Below are positions 1-8,197 of a DNA stretch of 64,000 bases, piece by piece; position 1 is the first letter of the stretch, and every line of letters begins with the position of its first letter. A model generated the notes under the pieces. It searched no databases and was not told the origin of the DNA. It was given only the letters and a program-made list of their open reading frames with translations. Source of the DNA: an uncultured Candidatus Poseidoniales archaeon. Lineage in GTDB: Archaea; Thermoplasmatota; Poseidoniia; Poseidoniales; Poseidoniaceae. Position numbers and translations under genes: made by a program. The stretch is from assembly GCA_905182125.1 (NCBI GenBank), contig CAJJAV010000011.1, forward strand, positions 9,934-73,933. The letters are read 5' to 3'.

Positions 1-164
1 TGACCGGAGAAGCTACTCAAGTCAAGGTCCGTGTCAACGATGCGCCAAACCCACGTGACGTGGGTCGCATTATTACTCGAAATGTTTTGGGTCCAATTCG
101 TGTCGGCGACATCTTGATGTTGAAAGACACCGGTCGTGAAGCCCGTAAGCTCAACTCGAGGTGA
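1..164 (+). CDS. rps28e: 30S ribosomal protein S28e, C-terminal portion (5' end lies outside the window)
   Basis: Frame-3 translation [53 protein letters not shown] ending at a TGA at 162-164. Matches the conserved S28e core ([14 protein letters not shown]). Lies directly upstream of rpl24e, as in the conserved archaeal L7Ae-S28e-L24e block. Confidence 0.75.
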   Translation, partial: TGEATQVKVRVNDAPNPRDVGRIITRNVLGPIRVGDILMLKDTGREARKLNSR

Positions 165-361
165 AGTGTATGCCAGAACGTAGAATCTGTACTTTTTCCG
201 GTGAAGAGATCGAACCAGGCACGGGCATGATGTTCGTGCGCCGTGACGGAAGCGTCATGTGGTTCAAGAACTCCAAGGCTCGCAAGAACATGCTCAAACT
301 CAAGCGTAACTCCCGTCGCGTCAAGTGGACCCGCCACTTCGTGAAGGGCGGTATTCAGTGA
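161..361 (+). CDS. rpl24e: 50S ribosomal protein L24e (probable ATG at about 170)
   Basis: [40 protein letters not shown] is the classic L24e zinc-ribbon N-terminus (MPE.R.C.FCG..IEPG.G...V..DG....FC.SKC.KN). Here the Cys ligands are partly replaced (C..S ... F..S). Start overlaps the rps28e stop. Confidence 0.85.
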   Translation: MKCMPERRICTFSGEEIEPGTGMMFVRRDGSVMWFKNSKARKNMLKLKRNSRRVKWTRHFVKGGIQ

Positions 362-459
362 GTTCATCTCCTGAGTAAAGCAAACATCCGCTCAAGCGGA
401 GACAATCTCAAAACTCCAAAGGGCCGTATGGCTCATAAAGGGGGGTCCAGTCGGACGGT

Positions 460-918
460 TTGGTGAACTCCATGGAAACGACATATGTCATGATCAAGCC
501 TGACGGCGTACAACGAGGACTAATAGCAGAAATTATGGGAAGATTTGAGCGAAAAGGGCTCAAACTCGTCGGTCTGAAATCCGTAGTACCAAGCCAAGAC
601 ACCGCAGAAGCACACTACGCTGTCCACAAGGAACGCCCATTTTATCCAGGCCTCATCAAGTTCGTGACCTCTGGCCCTGTTGTCTGCATGGCTTGGTCCG
701 GAAAAGATGCAATCACCGTCGCTCGCACCCTCATTGGAGCAACCAATGGACGCGAAGCAAACCCTGGAACCATCCGAGGCGACTATGGCATGGATATGGG
801 CTTCAACATGATTCACGGCTCGGATGCAGCAGATACTGCTGAGTTTGAACTCGGTCTATGGTTCCCTGAGGGCCTCATGGAATGGGATCAAACGATCACC
901 GCTTGGGTCTACGAGTGA
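460..918 (+). CDS. ndk: nucleoside diphosphate kinase (probable ATG at about 472, [12 protein letters not shown])
   Basis: [16 protein letters not shown]...[14 protein letters not shown]...[10 protein letters not shown]...NMIHGSDA are the canonical NDK motifs, including the active-site His in NMIHGSD. The position after L24e is the conserved archaeal arrangement. Confidence 0.9.
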   Translation: MVNSMETTYVMIKPDGVQRGLIAEIMGRFERKGLKLVGLKSVVPSQDTAEAHYAVHKERPFYPGLIKFVTSGPVVCMAWSGKDAITVARTLIGATNGREANPGTIRGDYGMDMGFNMIHGSDAADTAEFELGLWFPEGLMEWDQTITAWVYE

Positions 919-953
919 ATACCACCCCGATACGGGGTTCAAAAGGTGATGAT

Positions 954-2904
954 ATGGACGAAACCGAACAGGATTCGCCAGATGAAAGCACCGTTGAGCG
1001 GGGCCATAATCGCCAACCTATTGTTTCCGTTCTCGGTCACGTTGACCACGGAAAGACCAGCGTTCTCGATTTAGTTCGCTCCGTTGGTAGCGAACGTCAG
1101 GCCAGCGTGATGGATACCGTGAGGCTGGTGGCATCACCCAGCACATCGGTGCTACCGAGGTGCCTGCCGATGTGTCTCAATGAAACCTGCGCAGCAGATG
1201 CTTGCGCGGAAAGAAATTCAAGTCACCGGGGTTGCTGTTCATCGACACGCCCGGGCCACCACTCCTTCGTGTCACTTCGTGAATACCGTGGTGGCTCAGT
1301 CTCTGATATCGCAATCCTTGGTCATCGACATCATGGAAGGGCTCCAACCGCAAACCATCGAGAGCCTCGAAGGTATTACGCGCTTCAAAGAAACTCGCAC
1401 TCCTTTCGTGATCGCTGCTAATAAAATCGACCGGATTCATGGCTGGATGTGCGAACGGTACTCTGGTCGCTCGTTCTTAGTGATTCGTTCAAAGAGCAAC
1501 GTGAAGACGTCCAATCTCTTTTCGAAGATCGGTATTGGAAGATGCTTGGTCAATTTTCGGAACATGGGTTCAACATCGAACGGTACGACCAAATTCGTGA
1601 CTTCCGTCAAAATGTAGCCTTTGTACCAATGTCGGCTAAGGACGGTGAGGGTTTGCAAGACCTTCTTGCTGTGACCGTCGGCTTGGCAGAACGTTTCCTC
1701 GAAGACCGGCTCACTGACACCCTCGGAGCTGCGGAAGGCACCGTTTTGGAAATGAGAGAAGAGATTGGCATGGGGAAAACCATCGATGTCATCCTCTATC
1801 GAGGCGATCTCAAAGTTGGCGATACCATCATGCTCGCAGCGAACGATGGGCCCTTTTCAACCCACATCAAGGGGCTCAAACGCCCAAAGGGCATGGCTGA
1901 GATGCGAGATGCCGGGAAGCGCTGGGTTAACTTTGATCATGTTGAGGCTGCATGCGGTGTGAAAATCGTTGCACCAAATCTGGAAAACACAATTGCTGGC
2001 ACCACCCTCTACCGTGCAAACACTCCCGAAGAACGAACCAACGCAGAGGCATCTATTCGTAAAGAATGGCGTGCTATTTTCGATACAATGCCAATCATGT
2101 GTTCGAAATGTTCGGAAGTGTTCCCTCGTGTTCAGTTCAAAGATCACACCAAAAAGGGATCATGCAGAGGAGCAGAAGAGGAACGCAAGGGCGTCGTCAT
2201 CAAGGCAGACACCGTTGGTGCTTTGGAAGCGCTTGGTTTCGAATTAGCTAAATTGAAAATCCCAGTTCGTCAGGCCACAGTTGGCCCCGTCAACAAGCGA
2301 GATATTTCTGATGGCACATTCCGCTCAGGATCCACTCAACAAGGTCATCCTTGGATTTTCAGTCAAAGGCAACACGGAAGTTGCGGAACAACTCCAAGAC
2401 GAGGATTCAGAAATCAAATTTTTCACGGGCAGCATCATCTACCACGTGCTCGATGCTTACGAAGCATGGCGTGAAGAGACTGCAGAGCGGCTTGCAGCCG
2501 AACTTCGTGAATCACTTGTGTATCCTGGTCGGCTGCTGTATCTGAAAGACCACACATTCCGAGCAAAGGGCCCTGCCATCGTAGGTATGCGGGTTGTCGG
2601 TGGACGTGTGCACATCGGACAGCGTCTGATGAAGCTCGATGGCACACCCGTTGGACAAATTAAGAGCCTACGAACCAGAGACTCGGAGAATGTCAAAGAA
2701 GCAAATCAAGGGGACGAAGTGGCTGTAGCGATCAACGGTCCAACCGTAGGACGCCACATCGAAGAGTTGGATGAGTTCTATGTTGATGTCCCTGAAATGC
2801 ATGCAAAACGGCTCAAGAAAATTGATCTCAGTCCCATCGAACAGGAAATCCTCGATGAATTAATTCGACTGCACCGGAAGGAAAATCACTTCTGGGGTCG
2901 TTGA
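954..2904 (+). pseudogene. infB: translation initiation factor aIF5B (archaeal IF-2), interrupted by at least 4 single-nt frameshifts plus one in-frame TGA
   Basis: The ORF track splits it into 882-1421 (frame 3), 1180-1617 (frame 1), 1449-2474 (frame 3) and 2281-2904 (frame 1). My reading finds a further frame-2 stretch at 1121-1178, [18 protein letters not shown] followed by TGA. Conserved pieces in order: G1 GHVDHGKT (about 1035), [17 protein letters not shown] split across frames at cccggg (about 1240), [25 protein letters not shown] (G4), [12 protein letters not shown]...VPMSAKDGEGLQDLL, VVIKADTVGALEA and the C-terminal beta-barrel domains to 2904. The shifts occur near 1120, 1178, 1245, 1450 and 2310. 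Confidence 0.7.
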
Positions 2905-2963
2905 TGATCTTTGATGTAGAAAACGCAAACGGCTGACATATTGTTGACTTGCGACCCCCTCAC

Positions 2964-3010
2964 ATTCATATATGGAAGGGTGGGGTTGGTGACTTGTCCT
3001 TTGGAGGCCT
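2964..3010 (+). promoter_or_regulatory. putative TATA box (ttcatatat, about 2966-2973) plus Shine-Dalgarno GGAGG (3003-3007) upstream of moxR ATG 3016
   Basis: AT-rich TATA-like element about 45 nt upstream of the ATG. A GGAGG motif lies 8 nt upstream of the ATG and is complementary to the archaeal 16S 3' end. Confidence 0.35.
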
Positions 3011-3015
3011 TCAAC

Positions 3016-4027
3016 ATGGAAGCAGGATTCTCAGCAGCACCCGCAATGGGTCAAAACCCCGGAACTCAAGATTTGATTGGTACCGTTTCGGCCATTTCAA
3101 ACAGCCTAATGAACGAAGTGAGCAAGGTTATCATCGGGAAGAACGAGAACCTGCGACGGGTCACCGTCGGTATTTTGTCAAACGGCAACATGCTGTTGGA
3201 AGATTTCCCTGGTTTGGCCAAGACCCTGTTGGCAAACACGTTCGCACAAGCCCTCGGATGCAAGTTCAAGCGGGTTCAATTCACTCCCGATCTGCTTCCC
3301 TCCGACATCATGGGGACGTACATGTACGACCAGAAGGAAGGAGAATTCAAACTGCGAGCCGGTCCTTTGTTTTCCAACGTTCTGTTGGCAGACGAAATCA
3401 ACCGTGCTCCGCCAAAGACCCAAGCTGCTTTGCTTGAAGCTATGGAAGAAAAGCAAGTGACCATTGAAGGAATCACGCACAAGTTGCCGGCTCCATTCGT
3501 TGTTATTGCAACACAAAACCCAATCGAACAAGAAGGAACCTACCCGCTCCCTGAAGCGCAAATGGACCGCTTCCTCATGAAAATGAGCATGGGCTACCCT
3601 GACCGTGCTGAAGAAAAAGCGATCTCTGGCTCGCCGAAAGTTGCGAGGAAAGGATGGACACGATGTCTTGCAAATCACTTCGCCAAAGAAGGTCGTTGCC
3701 ATGCAAAAAGCACTCGAAACAGTTCACGTTGATCCTGCAATTCTCAAGTACATTGTGGAGATTGTACAACGAACACGCGAAGATCATCGAGTCACCAACG
3801 GTGCTTCGCCTCGTGCCTCGCAATCGCTGTTCAAGACCGGACGTGCTGCTGCTGCAATCGCTGGACGCAATTACGTGATTCCAGACGATATCAAAGGCAT
3901 TGCATTGCAGATTATTTCCCACCGTATCAACATGAAGCCTGAAGCAAAGATTCGGGGCATTACTGGCATGCACATCGTGAGAAAAATCCTCTCGGAAGTC
4001 CCAGTACCCGTCATCCAACCGGCTTGA
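3016..4027 (+). pseudogene. MoxR-family AAA+ ATPase with a single +1 frameshift near 3625-3640 (ORFs 2941-3732 and 3605-4027)
   Basis: LLEDFPGLAKT (MoxR-type Walker A), VLLADEINRAPPKTQAALLEAMEE (Walker B / sensor), FVVIATQNP, MDRFLMKMSMGYPDRAEEKAI. The conserved C-terminal helical lid (VVAMQKALETVHVDPAILKYIVEIVQRTRED...) continues in frame 2, so one extra base near tctctggctcg breaks the reading frame. Confidence 0.75.
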
Positions 4028-4097
4028 AGTTTGAACCACTGTGGTTGCATTCAAAGGGGAGAACCCCTCTCCTTCACATGTACGAGGAGGTGAAAAG

Positions 4098-5057
4098 ATG
4101 AACCCATACAAGATGGTAATAGCCGTTGCAAATCAAAAGGGCGGTTGTGCAAAAACAACAACTGCAGTCAACCTAGCAGCAGCCCTGGCCAAGGGATCAC
4201 CTCGTCAAGGACTTCCAAAGGCCAAGGTCTTGTTGATCGATTTAGATCCGCAAGGAAACTGCGCTACATCGTTTGGAGTTGAAAAGAAAAACGTCAAGAA
4301 AACCTCCTACGATTTACTTACCAACGATTCAGGTGAAGACCTTCCATTGATGGAAGAATACCTCATCGGACCCGAGGAACTCACCGAATCAATGCAGGAT
4401 GCTTGGAGCCTGCGAAACAACAACAAGAAAGCGCCCGATAATGTGTCAGTGGGTCATTTGTGGCTGCTTCCCAGTGACATTCATCTCTCAGGTGCAGAAA
4501 TTGAATTGAGTCACAAAATTGGTCGCGAAACTCGACTTCGAGAAGCTTTGATGCCAATCATCGACGAATTTGACTACATCATCATCGACACTCCACCCTC
4601 CTTGGGACTCTTGTCCATCAACGCCATGTGTGCGGCCAACTGGGTCATGGTCCCGGTTCAGGCAGAATATTACGCCCTTGAAGGGTTCAGCATGCTGATG
4701 AATTCGATTAAGATGATTCAACGTCGCATCAACCGGAACTTGAAAATTTTCGGAATTGCCATGACCATGGTTGACGCTCGATCGAAACTCAGTCGACACG
4801 TGTGCGATGAAGTCAACAAGAAAATGCCGAATAAGTTGTTTAAGACCACTGTTCGTCGGCTGGTCAAGGTTGCAGAAGCACCCTGGAGTGGGGCACCAAC
4901 GGTTCTGCTCAACAAACCAACCAATTCAGGTGCGGGAGCTGGTTCCCTCGAATACTGGACTTTGGCCAAAGAATTTCATCAACGGGTGCAAGAAATGCGC
5001 CGAGAATTCGGCGTGAATGAAGAACCGCGCCTTCTTCTGCAAAAAAATAAGCAGTGA
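4098..5057 (+). CDS. parA: ParA/Soj-family partition ATPase (SegA-like) with internal insertion and C-terminal extension
   Basis: MNPYKMVIAVANQKGGCAKTTTAVNLAAALA deviant Walker A KGGxxKT, LLIDLDPQGN, DYIIIDTPPSLG. Strong SD gaGGAGGTGAaaag sits 5-13 nt upstream of the ATG at 4098. The ORF track begins at an upstream in-frame M (4041). Confidence 0.85.
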   Translation: MNPYKMVIAVANQKGGCAKTTTAVNLAAALAKGSPRQGLPKAKVLLIDLDPQGNCATSFGVEKKNVKKTSYDLLTNDSGEDLPLMEEYLIGPEELTESMQDAWSLRNNNKKAPDNVSVGHLWLLPSDIHLSGAEIELSHKIGRETRLREALMPIIDEFDYIIIDTPPSLGLLSINAMCAANWVMVPVQAEYYALEGFSMLMNSIKMIQRRINRNLKIFGIAMTMVDARSKLSRHVCDEVNKKMPNKLFKTTVRRLVKVAEAPWSGAPTVLLNKPTNSGAGAGSLEYWTLAKEFHQRVQEMRREFGVNEEPRLLLQKNKQ

Positions 5058-5166
5058 ATATGCGGTCTTGGACGGCTGTTGATGGGTCTCAAACCGCTCG
5101 ATTCAGCAGCGCTTCCTTCGCTGGGGTTAAGTAGCCCAAACAACGCAGTCATAAGCAGGGATTGCG

Positions 5167-5409
5167 ATGACTGGTGAAGGAATGACCTCTGTGAGCGTGA
5201 GTTATGAAGTTCGACGTCAGTTGAACACCATGCGAAGCACAAGTGGACACAAAAGTGTCAATGAATTGCTTACGGACATCGTTCGTGCTCATAAAATTGC
5301 AAAAATGGACGGCGAAATTGAAACATTACGGGAACGGATGAAAGCCGTTGCAGATGTTGAAGTTGAACACTTGGTCGACCGTTTGAACCTCGCTCCATTC
5401 AAGGTGTGA
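5167..5409 (+). CDS. small ribbon-helix-helix-like DNA-binding protein candidate (possible start at M6, about 5182)
   Basis: 80 aa. Predicted beta-strand TSVSVSYEVRR followed by two helices (QLNTMRS / KSVNELLTDIVRAHK) fits the RHH (CopG/Arc/ParG) pattern. The C-terminus is a charged helix. Sits immediately downstream of parA. Confidence 0.35.
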   Translation: MTGEGMTSVSVSYEVRRQLNTMRSTSGHKSVNELLTDIVRAHKIAKMDGEIETLRERMKAVADVEVEHLVDRLNLAPFKV

Positions 5410-5413
5410 TCGC

Positions 5414-5668
5414 ATGATGGAATGGCGACCACCTGGCTACGAGTTTGATGCTCGTAATTTGGTACGTGCCTTGTTCAGTGAAAACACCGATGAAGGAAAA
5501 CTCCTCCAAGCAGCCGCATGTGGCTATGTTGAAATCTTTGCTCGACCTGTCGCGTGGAACGGCGTATTGTGGCTGATTATGAACACCCTGAAGCAAGACG
5601 GGAAGCCTGTTTACACCGGTGAGGAATTAGGCGCTCTTCGAGAGGCTTTACCGATTGTCTGGCGTTAA
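5414..5668 (+). CDS. hypothetical small protein (84 aa), third gene of the parA-RHH module
   Basis: ORF with a 4-nt gap after the RHH gene. No recognisable motif (MMEWRPPGYEFDARNLVRALF...GKPVYTGEELGALREALPIVWR). Confidence 0.3.
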   Translation: MMEWRPPGYEFDARNLVRALFSENTDEGKLLQAAACGYVEIFARPVAWNGVLWLIMNTLKQDGKPVYTGEELGALREALPIVWR

Positions 5669-5688
5669 GGCTGTTCAAGTAAACTGAA

Positions 5689-8121
5689 TCACTTTTGCTT
5701 GTCAAGCCACTCTTGTCCGTACCATTTCCATTGGTCCATGGTCCAACCTTCTGGAAGACCCGATGCTGGAATTGGTGGCGCTGCAGCTGGGACTTCTGCT
5801 GCTTCCTCGGAGGTTGGCTTTTCTGCAGCAACGGGTGCTGGCATACCTGCGATGGCTTCGAGGCTATCGTCTTCACCATACAGGGAAGAAGCGTCGATCG
5901 ATTCGCTTGATTCGTCGTCAACATCGAGATCACCGTCATTGACTGTGAAATCAAGGCTGACTACGTCATCGTCCCAAGCAGAGTCTGATTCAACTCCACC
6001 TTGGGCTGAGAGACCGGCAGTGCCTTCCAAAGCCTCCACAGAAGCTGATTTCGTTGATTGATTAGGAGGAAGGGCTGTCCCGTAGATTTTGATGTTCGCC
6101 TGAGATTTGCGCCGTTTGCTGACGGCGGCAACACCGACGATGACCAGCGAAAGAAGCGCAAATGCAACACCGCCAACCGCAATCACTTGCTTGAGTGTGT
6201 TGCTATCGACTTCAGAGCCCGAGTCGAGAAGGCCTGCATTCTTGCTTGCATTCCAGGCTGCATAGGAGTAATCGCTTTCATTGGCGTCTTTTTCACGGGA
6301 CAAGTAGGATTGGTAATCTTCACTTCGCCAACCCATGCAAGCGTCGGAAAGATCATCGAAATTCAGCATACAGTGATCCGTTTCGGTTTGAACCAAGGGG
6401 CGACTGTCATCGTAATCAGAATTGGAACCAACGCCGTCTTTATCGGCGTCAAAGTGTTCATCGGGGTCGGTTTCCATACCAATCGATTCGGTTCGGTCAA
6501 CCCAACCATCACCGTCGAGGTCTTCACAGCCGTTTGAGGCAACTTCGATGAAACCGCTCGCCGACGTGGCGTTTGGAATCCATGCCCGGGTGGAGTTCCC
6601 GAATTCCCAAGGGCAAGCATCAGGCAACAAACCACTGGTGTTGTCACCGAAGCCATCGCCGTCTTGATCAAGCCACTGTGTGCCTTGAGATGGCAATGCA
6701 TCTGCTCCTTGTTCTACGCCAAAGCTCTCATCGGGGTTGGAATAACCGTCGAGATCGGTGTCAGAGCATCCATAGCGGTCGTATTTAGAAAATCCATTGG
6801 TGGTTGGGCAAGCATCGGGCATCAAGCCGTTGGGATTGCTCCCATAGCCATCGAGGTCTGAATCCATCCATTGCGTTGGCTCCTCAGGGAACATATCCCC
6901 GTCGAGGCCCTGCTCGTTATCGCCATAGCCATCGCCATCCATGTCTTGCCACTGTTCGGCATTGTTTGGAAAGAGATCACCTTCGGTGCCAGCGGGGTTG
7001 TCGCCGTGACCGTCCCCATCGGCATCGACATACTGCGTTCCATCACTGGGGAATCGATCGCCCATGAAACCGTTGATATTGTCACCATAGCCATCCAAAT
7101 CTGCATCGGACCATTGAGTGATTTCATTGGGAAAGACATCGTTAGTATCGGTAACGCCGTCGCCATCTGTGTCAAGGTCATAGAGGCGAATCTTGGAGTA
7201 GGATAGGAAAGAGGTCACGATGTAGACCTCACCCGTGAAAGGTGAAGCTGAACCGGTGACTGCTCCTTGAGAGACGTAGGTTTCACCTTCGGCAAACGTG
7301 GCCCCGTCAATCATGGTCAATTTGCCATTTTGCGAACCTGCGATGTAGGTGCTGTTGTCAAGTTCTTCGAGGTGAATGATCGAAGAGCCATGGCTTAGAG
7401 CAAGGGTCTCTACCGCCCATGAATTTGTGTCATAGCGGTAAATGGCCCCGTTCGATGAGCCAACGATGAGGTTACCATCGTGATCTTGAATCAGCGCATT
7501 GACGATGCCTCCTGGTTCGGTAAGGGTTGTCAACAGGGTGCCGCCATTATCAGCAACGTAAACTTTTGAGTCATAGCCACCCAGCGCCATTCGTCCATCA
7601 TCGAGAACGGTAAAGGAGTTGAAACCGCTTTGAACCGGAGGAGAAAAGGTGCCGGTTGCCCCATCAGATGCGTACTCTTCTGCACGACGTCGCCCTGCAA
7701 AGTGTGCAAGCCAGAGATCGCCCTCGGAATCCCAATCCATGTCATTGACTGGAGCATCAGTGGAAATGTTTCGATTTGCAATTTGAAGGTCCATGTGAAC
7801 CACAAACACGCCTGCGTCGTGGGCAACAGCCGTCAAGAGTTGGGCGTCATCCAGCCTCGCCCCGTTGGCGCTAACATCCAAATCGAGGTTCCAGAGAGGG
7901 ACAAGGATCCCCTTGCTGAAGGCATTGACCGTGAGGTTACCCTGAACGTCGACGGTCAAAACAGTCCCGTCGTTCATGACCTCCCAGTGAACTAATTTAT
8001 TCGAAGTCTGATGGGTGTACCCTGCATCGATCAGTTCCACATCGCTTGCTGCAACAACCGGACCAAGTGCCACTAAAGGCAACATTGTAAAGGCGATGAG
8101 AAGAGCGAGGAAACGCTTCAT
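5689..8121 (-). CDS. secreted beta-propeller / TSP3 (thrombospondin type 3, Ca-binding) repeat surface protein with C-terminal TM anchor and acidic cytoplasmic tail
   Basis: Signal peptide MKRFLALLIAFTMLPLVALGPVVAA. Repeated propeller-blade-like segments (DGTVLTVD, DGNLIVGSSNG). At least 10 D-x-D-x-DG-x-G-D TSP3-type motifs (DTDGDGVTDTNDVFP, DADLDGYGDN, DQDGDGFGDN...). TM helix VIAVGGVAFALLSLVIVGVAAV followed by KRRK, then a tail ending PEGWTMDQWKWYGQEWLDKQK. Confidence 0.6.
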   Translation of the reverse strand: MKRFLALLIAFTMLPLVALGPVVAASDVELIDAGYTHQTSNKLVHWEVMNDGTVLTVDVQGNLTVNAFSKGILVPLWNLDLDVSANGARLDDAQLLTAVAHDAGVFVVHMDLQIANRNISTDAPVNDMDWDSEGDLWLAHFAGRRRAEEYASDGATGTFSPPVQSGFNSFTVLDDGRMALGGYDSKVYVADNGGTLLTTLTEPGGIVNALIQDHDGNLIVGSSNGAIYRYDTNSWAVETLALSHGSSIIHLEELDNSTYIAGSQNGKLTMIDGATFAEGETYVSQGAVTGSASPFTGEVYIVTSFLSYSKIRLYDLDTDGDGVTDTNDVFPNEITQWSDADLDGYGDNINGFMGDRFPSDGTQYVDADGDGHGDNPAGTEGDLFPNNAEQWQDMDGDGYGDNEQGLDGDMFPEEPTQWMDSDLDGYGSNPNGLMPDACPTTNGFSKYDRYGCSDTDLDGYSNPDESFGVEQGADALPSQGTQWLDQDGDGFGDNTSGLLPDACPWEFGNSTRAWIPNATSASGFIEVASNGCEDLDGDGWVDRTESIGMETDPDEHFDADKDGVGSNSDYDDSRPLVQTETDHCMLNFDDLSDACMGWRSEDYQSYLSREKDANESDYSYAAWNASKNAGLLDSGSEVDSNTLKQVIAVGGVAFALLSLVIVGVAAVSKRRKSQANIKIYGTALPPNQSTKSASVEALEGTAGLSAQGGVESDSAWDDDVVSLDFTVNDGDLDVDDESSESIDASSLYGEDDSLEAIAGMPAPVAAEKPTSEEAAEVPAAAPPIPASGLPEGWTMDQWKWYGQEWLDKQK

Positions 8122-8197
8122 GGCTCAACCCAATGCCTCAATCAATATGAAGGAGCCGATGCGTAGCATCAGCGGCTTATGACACTCCAAGCATTGG

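Noticed and set aside
1176-1178. TGA in infB as programmed recoding (selenocysteine, pyrrolysine or stop-codon reassignment)
   Set aside because: Many other genes in the window terminate normally at TGA. The same gene also carries several simple indels, so it is most parsimoniously a lesion or error.
5057-5167. Possible centromere-like inverted repeat in the parA-RHH spacer (gcggtcttg ... caaaccgc)
   Set aside because: Only a short imperfect pairing. No iterated repeats are visible by eye, so it is not enough to call.
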